Below are positions 1 through 10,800 of a stretch of DNA of 64,000 bases, piece by piece. Origin of the DNA: an uncultured Gemmatimonadota bacterium (GTDB taxonomy: Bacteria; Gemmatimonadota; Gemmatimonadetes; Palauibacterales; Palauibacteraceae); contig CAYXHP010000068.1 of NCBI GenBank assembly GCA_964465015.1, forward strand, positions 2,362 to 66,361, in the 5' to 3' direction. The notes beneath the pieces are model-generated. The model was not told where the DNA came from. It saw nothing but the letters and a program-made list of their open reading frames with translations, and ran no database searches. The stretch's first letter is position 1. Each line of letters starts with the position of its first letter. The translations under genes and the position numbers were made by a program.

Positions 1-1
1 C

Positions 2-103
2 TCGGACCGCCCGGTCCGGCTCATTCACTTCCCGGGTCACAGCTTCTTCTCCGTCTTGCGCCGGAAGCTCCGCTGGGGCGATGTCCGTCCACGGGATCGC
101 TGA
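2..103 (+). CDS. nadK: NAD(+) kinase, C-terminal fragment (gene starts before the window)
   Basis: Frame from nt 2 reads SDRPVRLIHFPGHSFFSVLRRKLRWGDVRPRDR*. The FFxxLRxKLxWG tail is typical of NAD kinases, and the position upstream of recN is the usual one. Confidence 0.85.
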   Translation, partial: SDRPVRLIHFPGHSFFSVLRRKLRWGDVRPRDR

Positions 104-282
104 GGAGCGCCGCCCGCGGCGCGTGAGGGTATGTTGAGAAGGCCAGGCACCGTCCCGGGGCGTGGCGCTGCGCTCCCGGATCGAGTCCCGGGGCGAGGGG
201 CCCGGGGGAGCCTGCCCGTTGGCCGCCGGCCCGCGGGTAGGCAGCGCACTCGCGGCTCCTTCATCGACCGGCGGATGGGCAC

Positions 283-1944
283 GTGCTGAGAGAGCTCCGC
301 GTCCAGAACTACGCGGTCATCGACGACCTCTCCCTGGAGCTCGACCCCGGGCTCACGGCTCTCACGGGGGAGACCGGGGCGGGGAAGTCCCTCATCGTCG
401 GAGCGCTCTCCCTCCTCCTCGGGGAGCGGGCCTCCTCCGAGGACGTGCGCGCGGGGGAGGAGCGGGCCCGGGTCGAGGCCGCCTTCGACGTCACGCGCCG
501 CGATGAGGTGCGGGCTCGCTGCGCCGAGGCCGGGATCGAGCTCGACGACGGCTGGCTCATCCTCCGCCGCGAGGTCCAGCGCGAGGGACGGAACCGGGCC
601 TGGGCCAACGGCTCGCCCGTCACGACCGGGCTCATCTGGGAGCTGGGCTCGGCGCTCGTGGAGCTCCACGGACAGCACGAGCACCAGCGGCTGCTGCACC
701 GTGACGAGCAGCGGCGCCTCCTGGATGCGTTCGCGGGGGTGGAGGCGGAGGCCCGCGGTGTGGCGGAGGCGCACCGGAGCCTCTCCGAGCTCCGCGCCGA
801 GGCCGACGAGGTCCGCCGCCGGGCGCGCGAGACGATCGAGCGGGCCGACTGGCTCCGCTTCAAGGCCGAGGAGATCGAGAAGGCACGCCTCGAGCCGGGT
901 GAGGAGGAGGCGCTGCGGGGCGAGGCGCGCCGCCTGGAGCACTCCGAGGAGCTCCTGGAGCTCGCCGGCGGCCTCCACGAGGCCGTGTACGGGGACGAGG
1001 CCTCGGTGGTGGACCGACTGGGCGAGCTGCGCCGGCCGCTCCGGGAGCTGATGCGGATCGATCCGGACGCGGCGCCCCTGGGGGATCTCCTCGCCTCGGG
1101 TCTCGCCACCCTGGAGGAGCTGGGACGCGAGCTGGCCCGCTACCGCGACCTGGTCGACCACGATCCGGCGCGCCTCGAGAAGGTGCGAACGCGACTGGAC
1201 GTCCTGTACCGCCTGGTGCGGAAATATGGGGAGACGGTGGAGGACGTGCTGGAGCAGGGGCGCGCGGCCCGCGCCGAGCTGGAGGCGCTCGAGAGCTCGG
1301 ACGAGCGGCTCGCGGAGCTCGAGGCCCGGGAAGCGGAGCGGGTCGCCGAGCTGGAGCGGCGTGCGGGGATCCTGAGCCAGGCCCGCCAGGAGGCGGCAGG
1401 GGGGCTGGAGCGGGCGGTCGAGCCGATCCTGGCCGAGCTCGGGATGGAGGGCGCCGTCTTCCGGGTGCGCCTCGAGGCCCGGGAACCGCCCGGGCCGACC
1501 GGGGCCGAGACGGTCGAGTTCCTCGTCTCCCTCAACCCCGGCTTCGAGCCCGGGCCGCTGGACCGGATCGCGTCCGGCGGAGAGCTGAGCCGCCTCATGC
1601 TGGCGCTCAAGACCATCCTCGCGCGGGGAGGAGGGCCCCCGACCCTCGTCTTCGACGAGATCGATGCCGGAGTGGGCGGCGACATCGGACACCGGGTCGC
1701 CGACCGGCTGGTAACCGTGGCCCGAGAGCACCAGGTGTTTGTGATCACCCATCTGCCGCAGATCGCCGCGCGGGCCGACACGCACGTGCGGGTCGAGAAG
1801 GGCGAGGTGGGCGGCCGCGCGGCCACGCGGGTCGAGCGCCTCGCGGGCGAGGCACGCATCGAGGAGCTGGCCCGCATGCTGGGCGGGGACCCGGAGAGCC
1901 GCGTGGCGCTCCGGCACGCGCGGGAGCTCCTCAAAGTCGACTGA
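283..1944 (+). CDS. recN: DNA repair protein RecN
   Basis: Walker A GETGAGKS, HGQH motif, long coiled coil, ASGGE signature and Walker B LVFDEID; 553 aa. Confidence 0.97.
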   Translation: MLRELRVQNYAVIDDLSLELDPGLTALTGETGAGKSLIVGALSLLLGERASSEDVRAGEERARVEAAFDVTRRDEVRARCAEAGIELDDGWLILRREVQREGRNRAWANGSPVTTGLIWELGSALVELHGQHEHQRLLHRDEQRRLLDAFAGVEAEARGVAEAHRSLSELRAEADEVRRRARETIERADWLRFKAEEIEKARLEPGEEEALRGEARRLEHSEELLELAGGLHEAVYGDEASVVDRLGELRRPLRELMRIDPDAAPLGDLLASGLATLEELGRELARYRDLVDHDPARLEKVRTRLDVLYRLVRKYGETVEDVLEQGRAARAELEALESSDERLAELEAREAERVAELERRAGILSQARQEAAGGLERAVEPILAELGMEGAVFRVRLEAREPPGPTGAETVEFLVSLNPGFEPGPLDRIASGGELSRLMLALKTILARGGGPPTLVFDEIDAGVGGDIGHRVADRLVTVAREHQVFVITHLPQIAARADTHVRVEKGEVGGRAATRVERLAGEARIEELARMLGGDPESRVALRHARELLKVD

Positions 1945-1994
1945 AGGGAGGAGCCGCGCGGCGGGCGAGAGGAAGCCCGCCGAGAGCGGTCGTG

Positions 1995-3560
1995 CTAGAA
2001 GACCCGCGCGGGAATCCGCACATGGAAGGTGGCCAGGTCGGCGGCCGGCGTCGTAGGGCCGCTTCCGGCCACGGCGGCGGCCCAGATGAAGCCCAGCTCG
2101 GCCCCCGACTGCGTCCCGCCCGGCCGATAGGTCACTCCGAGCCCAAGCCGATGGCGGGTCTGGGCGCTCCCCAGCGCCAGGGTGGAGACCGCCGGATCTA
2201 CGCCCCCTCCGGCCAGGGTGTAGCGATCGCCGGCCTTGTGCCAGTAGCGGTACTCGAGGCCCAGGAGCACGTGCGGGTCGAGCCGGAGCCGCGGCGCGAT
2301 GCGGAGCTGCATGTAGTCGCCCAGGTTGCGGATGAGCTGCGGGGACGGGTCGGGCACGGGGAAGGGCCGATCGGGAGGATGCGGCCGGAGCTGGAGCCGG
2401 TCACTCATCTGGAGACCGTAGGTGGCACTGGCGTCGACCTCCAGGAGGCCGAAGGCCCGGAGATCCTGATAGAGGGTCAGGGCCACGTCCCGCTGACCGT
2501 CGCCCACGGGCACGCCCACGAAGTCACCCGGCTTCTGGTAGGGAAGGGAGCCGGAGTTGCCGATCGGCAGTCGGAACAGCAGGCCGGCCGTGGTCCGGAG
2601 CTCGAGGCCGCCCGCCAGCGAATCGGGCCGAAAGCCGTCCAGGAGCGCCACCCTCAGGCCGGCTTCCAGCTCGCCGGCGGTCCACGGCCGCACGGTGGCG
2701 CCCAGCGGCTCGCCCTGCAGGAAGGCGCCGCCGAAGTAGCCGCCCAGGTCTGCGGACGTGGCCATCCCGGGCAGCGAGAGCGACGGCGCGACGATCCCGT
2801 ACCCCTCGAACCCCTGCTGAAGGCCCGCGTAATACGCCAGTAGCTGCTGGCCGACCGTCGTCGAGGAGAGGGGAACGAGGTCGTTGGTGAGCACCCGGCG
2901 CTGGAGGGCGTCCAGGAAGGCCGTGGCCATGTTCAGGAGGGCCCGGGCGTCGGCCTGCTGGGCCGCCGGGACGCCGCCCTGACCGAGGCGGGTCGAGAGC
3001 GCATCCCGCGCGTCCCCCAGCTGTGTGAAGAAGCTATTGTCGCTCAGGGCGTTGGAGCCCGCCAGGACGGTGGCCCCGCTGGAGTCGAAGGCGAAGAACG
3101 GTTCGGCCTTGCTCCACACCGCCGGCACGCTCACCTCGACCGAGAAGCGGTCGAGGAAGCCGAGCTCGAAGCGTATCGGGACCGCGCGGATCTCCCGGTT
3201 CACCTCCGAGACGTGGAGCGTGCCGAGCGAGACCTGGCTCGCGCTCACGGGCGAGAATCCGAGCGCCGCGGCATCCTTGTCGAGATCCGCCGCGGCGGCC
3301 GTCGCGCCCGGGTAGACGCGGGAGAGGACGGGACCGTCGAAGTACCGGCTCAGGGGAGTCTTCCCCCCGGCGCCGAAGGTCGCGTCCCAGCCCTGGAAGA
3401 CCGGCGGAATCTCGATCCACAGCTCGCCGTTCTTCGGGATCTTGGCCGACAGGGTCCGCGCGGTGACGTTCTGCGCCGCCGCCGAGACCGGGAAGGCGGC
3501 GCAGGCGGTGAGGAGCGCCGCGGCGACGCCCCGGACCGGGAGGGCTCCGTTCGGATTCAC
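1995..3560 (-). CDS. Exported hypothetical protein, probable outer-membrane beta-barrel
   Basis: Signal peptide (…AAFPVSAAAQ), alternating amphipathic strands in the C-terminal half, terminal Phe (…HVRIPARVF). GTG at 3560 lies 8 nt after a TATACT box. Confidence 0.65.
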   Translation of the reverse strand: MNPNGALPVRGVAAALLTACAAFPVSAAAQNVTARTLSAKIPKNGELWIEIPPVFQGWDATFGAGGKTPLSRYFDGPVLSRVYPGATAAAADLDKDAAALGFSPVSASQVSLGTLHVSEVNREIRAVPIRFELGFLDRFSVEVSVPAVWSKAEPFFAFDSSGATVLAGSNALSDNSFFTQLGDARDALSTRLGQGGVPAAQQADARALLNMATAFLDALQRRVLTNDLVPLSSTTVGQQLLAYYAGLQQGFEGYGIVAPSLSLPGMATSADLGGYFGGAFLQGEPLGATVRPWTAGELEAGLRVALLDGFRPDSLAGGLELRTTAGLLFRLPIGNSGSLPYQKPGDFVGVPVGDGQRDVALTLYQDLRAFGLLEVDASATYGLQMSDRLQLRPHPPDRPFPVPDPSPQLIRNLGDYMQLRIAPRLRLDPHVLLGLEYRYWHKAGDRYTLAGGGVDPAVSTLALGSAQTRHRLGLGVTYRPGGTQSGAELGFIWAAAVAGSGPTTPAADLATFHVRIPARVF

Positions 3561-3568
3561 GGGGCGAG

Positions 3569-3574
3569 AGTATA
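3569..3574 (-). promoter_or_regulatory. -10 element (TATACT) of a probable leaderless transcript
   Basis: The reverse strand reads TATACT-ctcgcccc-GTG with no Shine-Dalgarno in between. Confidence 0.5.
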
Positions 3575-3661
3575 GGCGGGAGGCCGCCGGCACGACAGCG
3601 GCCGGCCTTTTCCCTCGCCGCCCGGAGTCCTACCCTGTAGATACGCCCGCGCAGCGGGCAT

Positions 3662-3732
3662 GGCGTCGTGGCCGAGTGGCTAGGCAGGGGCCTGCAAAGC
3701 CCCCTACTCCGGTTCGAATCCGGACGGCGCCT
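3662..3732 (+). tRNA. tRNA-Cys (GCA)
   Basis: Acceptor stem GGCGTCG/CGGCGCC, anticodon arm GGGGC-CT-GCA-AA-GCCCC, T arm CCGG-TTCGAAT-CCGG, discriminator T; CCA not encoded. Confidence 0.97.
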
Positions 3733-3958
3733 CTCGCCGGAACCCGGCGGCCCTCTCCCGCACTACCCACCGGACCACCTGGTTCGCTACGACGAGTCCG
3801 CACCCGTGGACGGACGACCCACGCCGGCCGCTCACCGTCGGGCGCCTCTCCGGCCGCGGCCGACGGACGAGCCGCTCGCCCTGCCGGGCATCGCGGCGGG
3901 CGGTCAGGGCTGTCCTTTCGGACAGGGCATCTGGTCCACACGGACAGGGAGGAGAACC

Positions 3959-4342
3959 GTGACATGGTTCAGCGAAGGTGGAGTCATGATGTGGCCGATC
4001 CTGGGAGCGGCGTTGCTCGCGGTGGGGACGGCGTTCGCCGAGGCGCGAAAGTTTGGCACCGGAGGGGCCCGTGTACGCGGGAGTCTGGAGGTCCTCTTCG
4101 TCTGGGGGGCGCTGGCGGCCGTTCTCGGCGTCCTGGGTACGCTCGTGGGCATGAGCCTGGCGGCCCGCTCGATCGAGCGGGCGGGACACGTCGCGCCGGC
4201 GCTCCTGTGGGGAGGCTTCAAGGCGGCGCTGTCCACGAGCATCGTCGGTTTCGTCGTGTTCGCGATCTCGCTCGTCGCGTGGTTCCTGCTGCGCGGCCTG
4301 CGCACGCGGCGAGCGGGTGAAGAGGTCGCCGCGGCTCCCTAG
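3959..4342 (+). CDS. Small stand-alone MotA/TolQ/ExbB proton-channel family protein (127 aa)
   Basis: RBS GGAGGAG before GTG 3959. Contains GGVMMWPI, GVLGTLVGM and GFKAALSTSIVGF, which match ExbB/TolQ TM motifs; three hydrophobic helices. Confidence 0.8.
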   Translation: MTWFSEGGVMMWPILGAALLAVGTAFAEARKFGTGGARVRGSLEVLFVWGALAAVLGVLGTLVGMSLAARSIERAGHVAPALLWGGFKAALSTSIVGFVVFAISLVAWFLLRGLRTRRAGEEVAAAP

Positions 4343-4626
4343 CCCGCCGTTTGCCGGGCAAAGGCTCGTCCGGACCATTTTTCGGGAATCGTTCGGACGG
4401 GCCGTCTCTCCCGCCGGGGTGTGTCGTCGTGCGGAGCCGGTTTCTCCCGGCCGCGCTCCCGAACGTCCCGGCTCTGCTTCTTGCGGGTCGAGAACGCCCC
4501 CCCGACGAGACCGGCAAGGGCAGTCGGGACAACGGCTCTTGCCGCCGAGTGGTCCAGGGGACGCGTGGCCGGGCCGCTGCTCCGCCCGGTCCGGCGGCAT
4601 GCGGACCCGCCTGGAACGGAGACGCC

Positions 4627-5087
4627 ATGCCACGTGGATGGCGAGCGATCGTCGCGCTCCTCCTCCCGCTGGGAATCGCCCTCGCCAGCGGCTGCACCGG
4701 AGACCGGGGAGGCACCCCCGGGTCGAGGCCGGCGTCAGCGTCGGCGGTTCCACGCCGCGACATCGCCGGGGTCACGATGGTCGCCGATCCCGTGCCCGCC
4801 GGACTGCCCGACCCCCCCCGATGCTCCACGCGTCCCCACTTGGACGGTCCCGGACGAACCGGGTGAGGTACTCGGACAGACGGAGGGCAGGAGCGCGCAG
4901 ATGTTCGGCGCCGTGGTCGGAGCCGTCCGCCTGCCCGACGGAACGATCGTCGTGGCCGACCGGCTGGAGATGCGCATGCACATGGACCGCCAGGCGCGCC
5001 CCGTCACATCCGACCAGATCTCGGCCGAGCGCGATCGGCGAGTGGGCAGGTAGGATCGGACACCTGCCTGCGTTCGGCGGGAGATGA
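4627..5087 (+). pseudogene. Degraded lipoprotein, remnant of a beta-propeller-type protein
   Basis: Lipobox (…GIALASGC). Removing one C from the C8 run at 4812-4819 joins it to WTVPDEP…FGAVVGAVRLPDGTIVVAD. It then has a stop at 5051-5053, and a third frame carries HLPAFG. The family call rests on motif recall only. Confidence 0.6.
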
Positions 5088-5162
5088 GGGAACCTTGAAG
5101 GCCGTGCCCATGATCCAGGGTCGAGCCGCCTCGGCCCGGATCCACAGGAGCGGAAGCAGCCC

Positions 5163-6425
5163 ATGAAGACACGCCATGTCGTCGCCGCGTCGGTGACCCT
5201 GCTGTTCCTCGTCCTCCTGGGCAGCGCCCTGTGGAGGATCCGCGCCAGCGGCAAGGACGGTACGGGCGGTTCGGACGCGGCCGCGGGGTCCGACTCGACG
5301 AAGGCGGCCATCCGCAACGAGGCCGCCGCCTCCGCCTTCGCCCCCGACATCGCCGTCCCGGTCCGGGGCGTCGCCGTGCGCCAGGACACCTTCGTCCTGT
5401 GGGTGAAGGCCGATGGACGCGCCGAGCCCCGCCGGACGGCGGTCCTGCGGACCGAGCAGGTGGAAGAGCCCGTCGTCTCCGTGCCGGTCCGGGAGGGCGA
5501 ACGGGTGCCCGCGGGCGCCGTGGTGGTACGCCTGGACACCACCTCCTACGCGCTCGATGTCCGCAGGGCCGAGGCGGACAGTGCCAGGGACGCGGCCGAC
5601 TTTCTGAACAACATCCTGTTCGACGATCAGATCCAGGACGACTCGGTCCGGCGGGAGCGCCGCCGACTGGCCCGGATCCGGACGGGACTGGCCGGCGCCG
5701 AGGTGGATCTGGCCAAGGCGCGCTACAAGCTGGCCAACACGACGCTCCGGTCGCCTTTCGCCGGGACTGTGGCCGGACTGGCCGTGCAGGAAGGCTCGCG
5801 GGCCGGGCCGGGCGACTCCGTGGCGGCCATCCTGGACCTCTCGGAGGTGGACGTGGAGGTGGGGGTGCTCGAGACGGACCTGCTGCACCTGGCCCCGGGC
5901 CGGCAGGCCGAGGCGATCTTCTCGGCCCTCCCGGGCGAGACCTTCCAAGGCCGGCTGCTCACGGTGAACCCGGTCGTGGATCCCGACACCCGCACGGCGC
6001 GTGTGACCGTGCGGCTCGAGAACCCACGCGCTCACGTTCTCCCGGGGATGTCCGCCAGCGTTCGGATCGCGGGCGAGCTCTACGCGGACCGCACTTTCGT
6101 GCCGCGCTCGGCCGTCGTGGAGCGGGATCGGCGCGACGTGGTGTTCGTGTTCGCGCCCGACGCGGCCGGGAGCGCCACGGGTCGGGCCGAGTGGAAGTAC
6201 GTGCACACGGGCCTCGCCAACGATCGGTATGTCGAGATCCTCCCGCCCGAGTCCGGCACCAACGAGGAGATACTGACCCCGGGCGAGCTCGTCCTCACCG
6301 AGGGGCAGGAGACACTCGTGCACGACGCGAGGGTCCGTCTCACCAACGCCGACAGCCTGGAGATCGAGCCGGCGGGGGACGGCGAATCGACGAGGCACAC
6401 GGCGGAGCAGGGAGGTGGAAAGTGA
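5163..6425 (+). CDS. RND efflux periplasmic adaptor (membrane fusion protein)
   Basis: N-terminal TM anchor, lipoyl halves (VREGERVPAG / LRSPFAGTV), NPVVDPDTRT, LPGMSA and VPRSAVV motifs. Confidence 0.93.
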   Translation: MKTRHVVAASVTLLFLVLLGSALWRIRASGKDGTGGSDAAAGSDSTKAAIRNEAAASAFAPDIAVPVRGVAVRQDTFVLWVKADGRAEPRRTAVLRTEQVEEPVVSVPVREGERVPAGAVVVRLDTTSYALDVRRAEADSARDAADFLNNILFDDQIQDDSVRRERRRLARIRTGLAGAEVDLAKARYKLANTTLRSPFAGTVAGLAVQEGSRAGPGDSVAAILDLSEVDVEVGVLETDLLHLAPGRQAEAIFSALPGETFQGRLLTVNPVVDPDTRTARVTVRLENPRAHVLPGMSASVRIAGELYADRTFVPRSAVVERDRRDVVFVFAPDAAGSATGRAEWKYVHTGLANDRYVEILPPESGTNEEILTPGELVLTEGQETLVHDARVRLTNADSLEIEPAGDGESTRHTAEQGGGK

Positions 6426-7786
6426 GCTGGGGTGGAAGGGCGGCGCCCGCGGTACTCGGTGCCGCGCTGGCGCTCGGGAGCGGAGCCGCCAGGGCCCAGC
6501 AGAATGGCCCGGCGGAGGACACCCTGACGCTCGCCAGGGCCATCCAGGTGACGCTGGCCGAACAACCGTCGATCTCCAGGGCGCGGGCAGCCGAGGCGGC
6601 GGCGACCGCCGATCGTCTCGCCGCCTTTGGGAGCTTCCTGCCGACCGTCGAAGCGAACGCCTCCCTGTCCAGGAGCGCGTTCACGAGCGCGACCTACGTC
6701 TCCCCACAGGGTCTCTCGCAGCTCAGCGATCCCCCGACGGTCGGGGTCCTCCAGAGCACCATGCAGAGTCTATATCTGCAGTGGGATCTGCTGCGTGGGG
6801 GACAGCGCTTCGTGGACCTCGGCGCCACGGCCGCCGCCGATCGAGCGGCCGGGCTGCGCGTGACGGATGCGGAACGCCAGGCGGTGCTGGCGGTCAAGCA
6901 GGACTACCTGGATGCTTACCTGCAGCAGCGGTTCGTCGAGATGGACTCCGCGGAGCTCGAGGCACGCCAACGCGACCTGGAGATCGCTCGCAGGCGCTAC
7001 GAGATCGCCGCCATCGACCGGGGGGACCTGCTGGGTGCGCAGATCCAGGTCCGGCGGGCGGAGTTGAAGCTCGCCGACGCACGAGATCGAGCCAGGGAGG
7101 TGATCCGCAAGCTCCAGGTGGACATGGGGCGTCCCGGGGACGTCGGAGGCAGGGAAGTGCTCCGGGACGTGGGCGCTCTGCCCGATGCGGACTCCCTGGA
7201 CTCGGAAGCTCTGGTCCGGGAGGCTCTGGGCACGAACCCGGGGCTGTCCGCACTGGAGGCGGACGCCGCCGCCGCCGGGTCCAGGCTGTGGTCTGCCAGG
7301 AGCGCTTACCTGCCCACCCTCAGCATCGGGCTGAACCTGAACCGCTCGGAGAACCTGGGCCCCAACGACCACTTCTTTACCCTCGATCCACGTGATCACG
7401 GCCACGCTCTGTCCGTTACGGCCAGCTGGCGCCTCCTGGACGGCTTTGCGCGGCACAAGGACGCCGCCCAGGCCGCGATGGCTCGGGATCAGGCTGCGGC
7501 CGATCACGCGCAAGAGTCCCACGAGATCGAAAGGGACGTCCGGAATCTGGTGGCCGAGGTCCAGCGGAGGCAGGAGCGGCTCAGGCTGGAGCGCGAGGTG
7601 GCCGACCTTTCGAGCCAGCGGGTCGGGATGGCCAGGGAACAGTTCCGACGAGGCACACTGAGTTACATCGACCTCCAGCAACTCATCGACCAGTCCACGA
7701 ACGCCGAGGAGGACGTGGCGCAGGAACTCCATGACGCCCGAGTGGCGTGGGCCAAGCTCGACGCCCTGGTGGGCGGCGGGTCGTGA
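6422..7786 (+). CDS. TolC-family outer-membrane efflux channel
   Basis: GTGA overlap with the MFP stop; signal peptide; two OEP repeats (LTLARAI…FLPTV…; …YLPTL…FRRGTLSYIDL). Confidence 0.9.
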   Translation: MSWGGRAAPAVLGAALALGSGAARAQQNGPAEDTLTLARAIQVTLAEQPSISRARAAEAAATADRLAAFGSFLPTVEANASLSRSAFTSATYVSPQGLSQLSDPPTVGVLQSTMQSLYLQWDLLRGGQRFVDLGATAAADRAAGLRVTDAERQAVLAVKQDYLDAYLQQRFVEMDSAELEARQRDLEIARRRYEIAAIDRGDLLGAQIQVRRAELKLADARDRAREVIRKLQVDMGRPGDVGGREVLRDVGALPDADSLDSEALVREALGTNPGLSALEADAAAAGSRLWSARSAYLPTLSIGLNLNRSENLGPNDHFFTLDPRDHGHALSVTASWRLLDGFARHKDAAQAAMARDQAAADHAQESHEIERDVRNLVAEVQRRQERLRLEREVADLSSQRVGMAREQFRRGTLSYIDLQQLIDQSTNAEEDVAQELHDARVAWAKLDALVGGGS

Positions 7787-7847
7787 TCCGGCCCGACGGG
7801 CGCGATCCCTCCGGGGAGCCGCGGGGCGCCCGGGCCGGGGCTCGCGT

Positions 7848-10800
7848 GTGAGCCTCCCCGGCCTCTCCATCCGCCGGCCCGTCGCCACGTGGATGCTCTA
7901 CGTGGCCGTGGCCGTCCTGGGAGTGGTCTCCTTCGTTCGTCTGCCGATCGACCTGCTCCCCGACATCGCCTTCCCCACACTCTCGGTGTGGACCACCTAC
8001 AGGGGAGCCGGACCGGCCGAGGTGGAGCGGTCGATCACGGACCCGATCGAGGAAGTGCTGGGCCGCGTGCCCGGCGTCCGGCGAGTGACGTCGAGCTCGC
8101 GCGAGGGGCAGTCGCTGGTCCGACTGGAGTTCGCCTGGGGGACGGACATGGAGTTCGCCGCGCTCCACGCCCGAGAGCGGCTCGACGACCTGGCCTCCCG
8201 TCTGCCCCGGACGGCCGATCGGCCCGACATCCTGACGTCCGATCCCACCAGCGACCCGGTCCTCACGGTGGCGGTCACGGGCGAGGACCTCCGGTCCCTC
8301 TCGCAGCTCTCCGAGACGGTCCTCAAGCGGCGGCTGGAGCAACTGGACGGGGTGGCACTCGCGGCCCTGACGGGCGCGCCCGAGCGAGAGCTCCGGGTGG
8401 TCGTGGACCCGGACCGCTTGCGGGCCCACGGCCTCTCGTTGGAGGACGTCGCGATCGCGCTGGACCAGGCCAACTACAGCGCCCCGGGGGGCATGATCCA
8501 CCGCGGCCGGTTCCAGTACAGCCTCCGCACCATGGGACAGTTCACCGACGTCGAGCAGCTGGGCGAGGTGGCCGTCGAGCCCTCGGAGGCCGGGGCGGGG
8601 GGAAGCGTGCCGGGTGGAGGGAGCTCGGGGCGGCGGACCGCCGGGGCTCCCGGCCGCGGCGCGGAGGCCGGGCTGCCCGCGCCGGTGCGCCTGGACCAGG
8701 TGGCGACGATCCTCGACACCACCGCCGCCGGCCGGACGATCTCGCGCTTCGATGGGGAGCCCGCGATCGGGCTTCAGGTCTACAAGGAGTCGGGCGCCAA
8801 CACGGTGCGGGTGGCCAACCGGGTGCGCGCCACCCTGGACCAGCTTCGGCGCGACTACCCGGGGATTCGGCTCGCGCTGGCCTCGAGCCAGGCAGTGTTC
8901 ATTCGTGAGGCCATTTCCAACGTCGTGCAGTCGCTCCTCCTGGGGGGGCTCCTCGCGTTCTTGGTGCTGTTCCTCTTCCTGCGCGACCCGCGCTACCCCG
9001 TGGCCATCGGGCTCTCGATTCCGATCTCGGTCCTGGCGGCTTTCGCGCTGTGCTACGTCGCCGACGTGAGCCTCAACGTCATGTCCCTGGGAGGGCTGGC
9101 ACTCGGGGTCGGGATGCTGGTCGACAACTCCATCGTGGTGCTCGAGAACGTCTTCCGACACCGCGAGGAGGAGGGAGCCGGCGCGCACGACGCGGCCTCC
9201 CGTGGTGCCAGCGAGGTGGCGGGCGCCATCACGGCGTCCACGCTCACCACGGTCGCGGTCTTCGGTCCCGTCCTGTACGTGAAGGGAGTGGCGGGGGCGC
9301 TGTTCGGCGACCTTTCGCTCGCCGTGGCGTTCTCACTCCTGGCCTCGCTCCTCGTGGCGCTCACGCTGCTCCCGGTGCTGGCGGCGAGGTTCGGGAGCGA
9401 GCCGGGTGCGACGGGCGAGCGCCGGGTTGCAAGCGGTGCGGTGAGCCTCACCGACGGGGAGGCTTCGGGCACGAGCGCCGGACAGGCGGCTGGCGCCGGC
9501 GTGGCGCACGCCTCGACCCCGCGCCCCTCGCCCGGGCGGGTGGGCCGCCCCGCGACGGTCGTGCGATGGATCTGGAGCCGAGTCCGGCGCCTGGGCCTCG
9601 CGTCCGGACGCGTGACGCGAATGGTCGCGGTGTTCGTGGTGGGGTCGGTGCGCGACAGCTACCGCGATCTGTTCCGGGGGCTCGGACGGGTCGCCTCCGG
9701 CGTGCTGACGCCCGTGTTCGAGGGCTTCGACCAGCGCTTCCGCAGCTTTGCAGCACGCTACGAGGCTGCGCTCGAGTGGTCCCTGGAGCGTCGCGGCGCC
9801 GTGGTCGGGTGGACGACGGTGGCGTTCGCCCTGGTCCTCCTTCTCGGGGCCACGCTCCCGCGGAGCCTCATGCCGCGCGTGGACGAGAGCTCCTTCCGGG
9901 CGGATCTCGAGCTGCCGGCGGGAACACCGCTGGCCGTTACGTCGGAGGCGGCAGGCCGGATCGAGAGGCTGCTGCGGAACACGAAGGGGGTCGAGAGCGT
10001 GTTCGCCCGCGTGGGCCGGGCGGCGGGGTCGGAGGCGGCGGTGACGCCGCTTTCGGGAGTGAACACGGCGGCCCTCGAGGTACGGCTGTCCTCCGGCTCG
10101 GCGGATGCGGACCAGGTGGCCGAAGAGGTGCGCCGCCGACTCGGCTTCACGGGCGTCGATCCGGCGTTCGTCTCGTTCGAGACCGGACGAGCCAGCTCCC
10201 TGGGCCGCGCGCTCGGTACCGGCGGAGCGGGCCTGGCCGTGCAAATCCGGGGAGAACGGCTGGACCAGCTGGTGGCGGTGGCCGAATCGGCCCGCGCCCG
10301 CCTGGTGGGGAGCGCTCACCTCCTGGACGCACGCCTGGATCTCCAGGAGACCCAGCCCGAGCTCGCGGTCGACATCGACCGGGCCGCCGTCGCCCGTTAC
10401 GGCCTCACGGTGCGTGAGGTGGCCGACCAGGTGGAGGCCTACCTCCGCGGCGCCCGGACGCAGCGCCCGTTCTCGGAATTCGCGCGAAAGGTCGGGATCC
10501 GGGTCGTCCTTCCGGCGGCCGACCGGACCGATCTCCCGGAGGTGCTCGGCCTGGCCGTCGGGGGAGTCCCGCTCTCGGCGCTCGTGACGGCCCACCGCGA
10601 CTACGCGCCGGTCGAGATCCGCCACGTGAACCAGGCGCGCACGGTGCAGGTGCTCGCCGATGTGCGCGGGGCGGGACTGTCGCGCGCCGTGGGTGACGCG
10701 CGCTCCCGGCTGGCCGGATTGCGGCCGCCGGCCGGCATCACGATCCGCGTGGGCGGTCAGAACGAGGAGATGCGCGAGAGCTTCGGCTCCCTCCTGTTCG

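Noticed and set aside
4812-4819. Phase-variable poly-C switch
   Set aside because: Restoring the frame still gives a truncated product because of downstream lesions, so decay is the simpler explanation.
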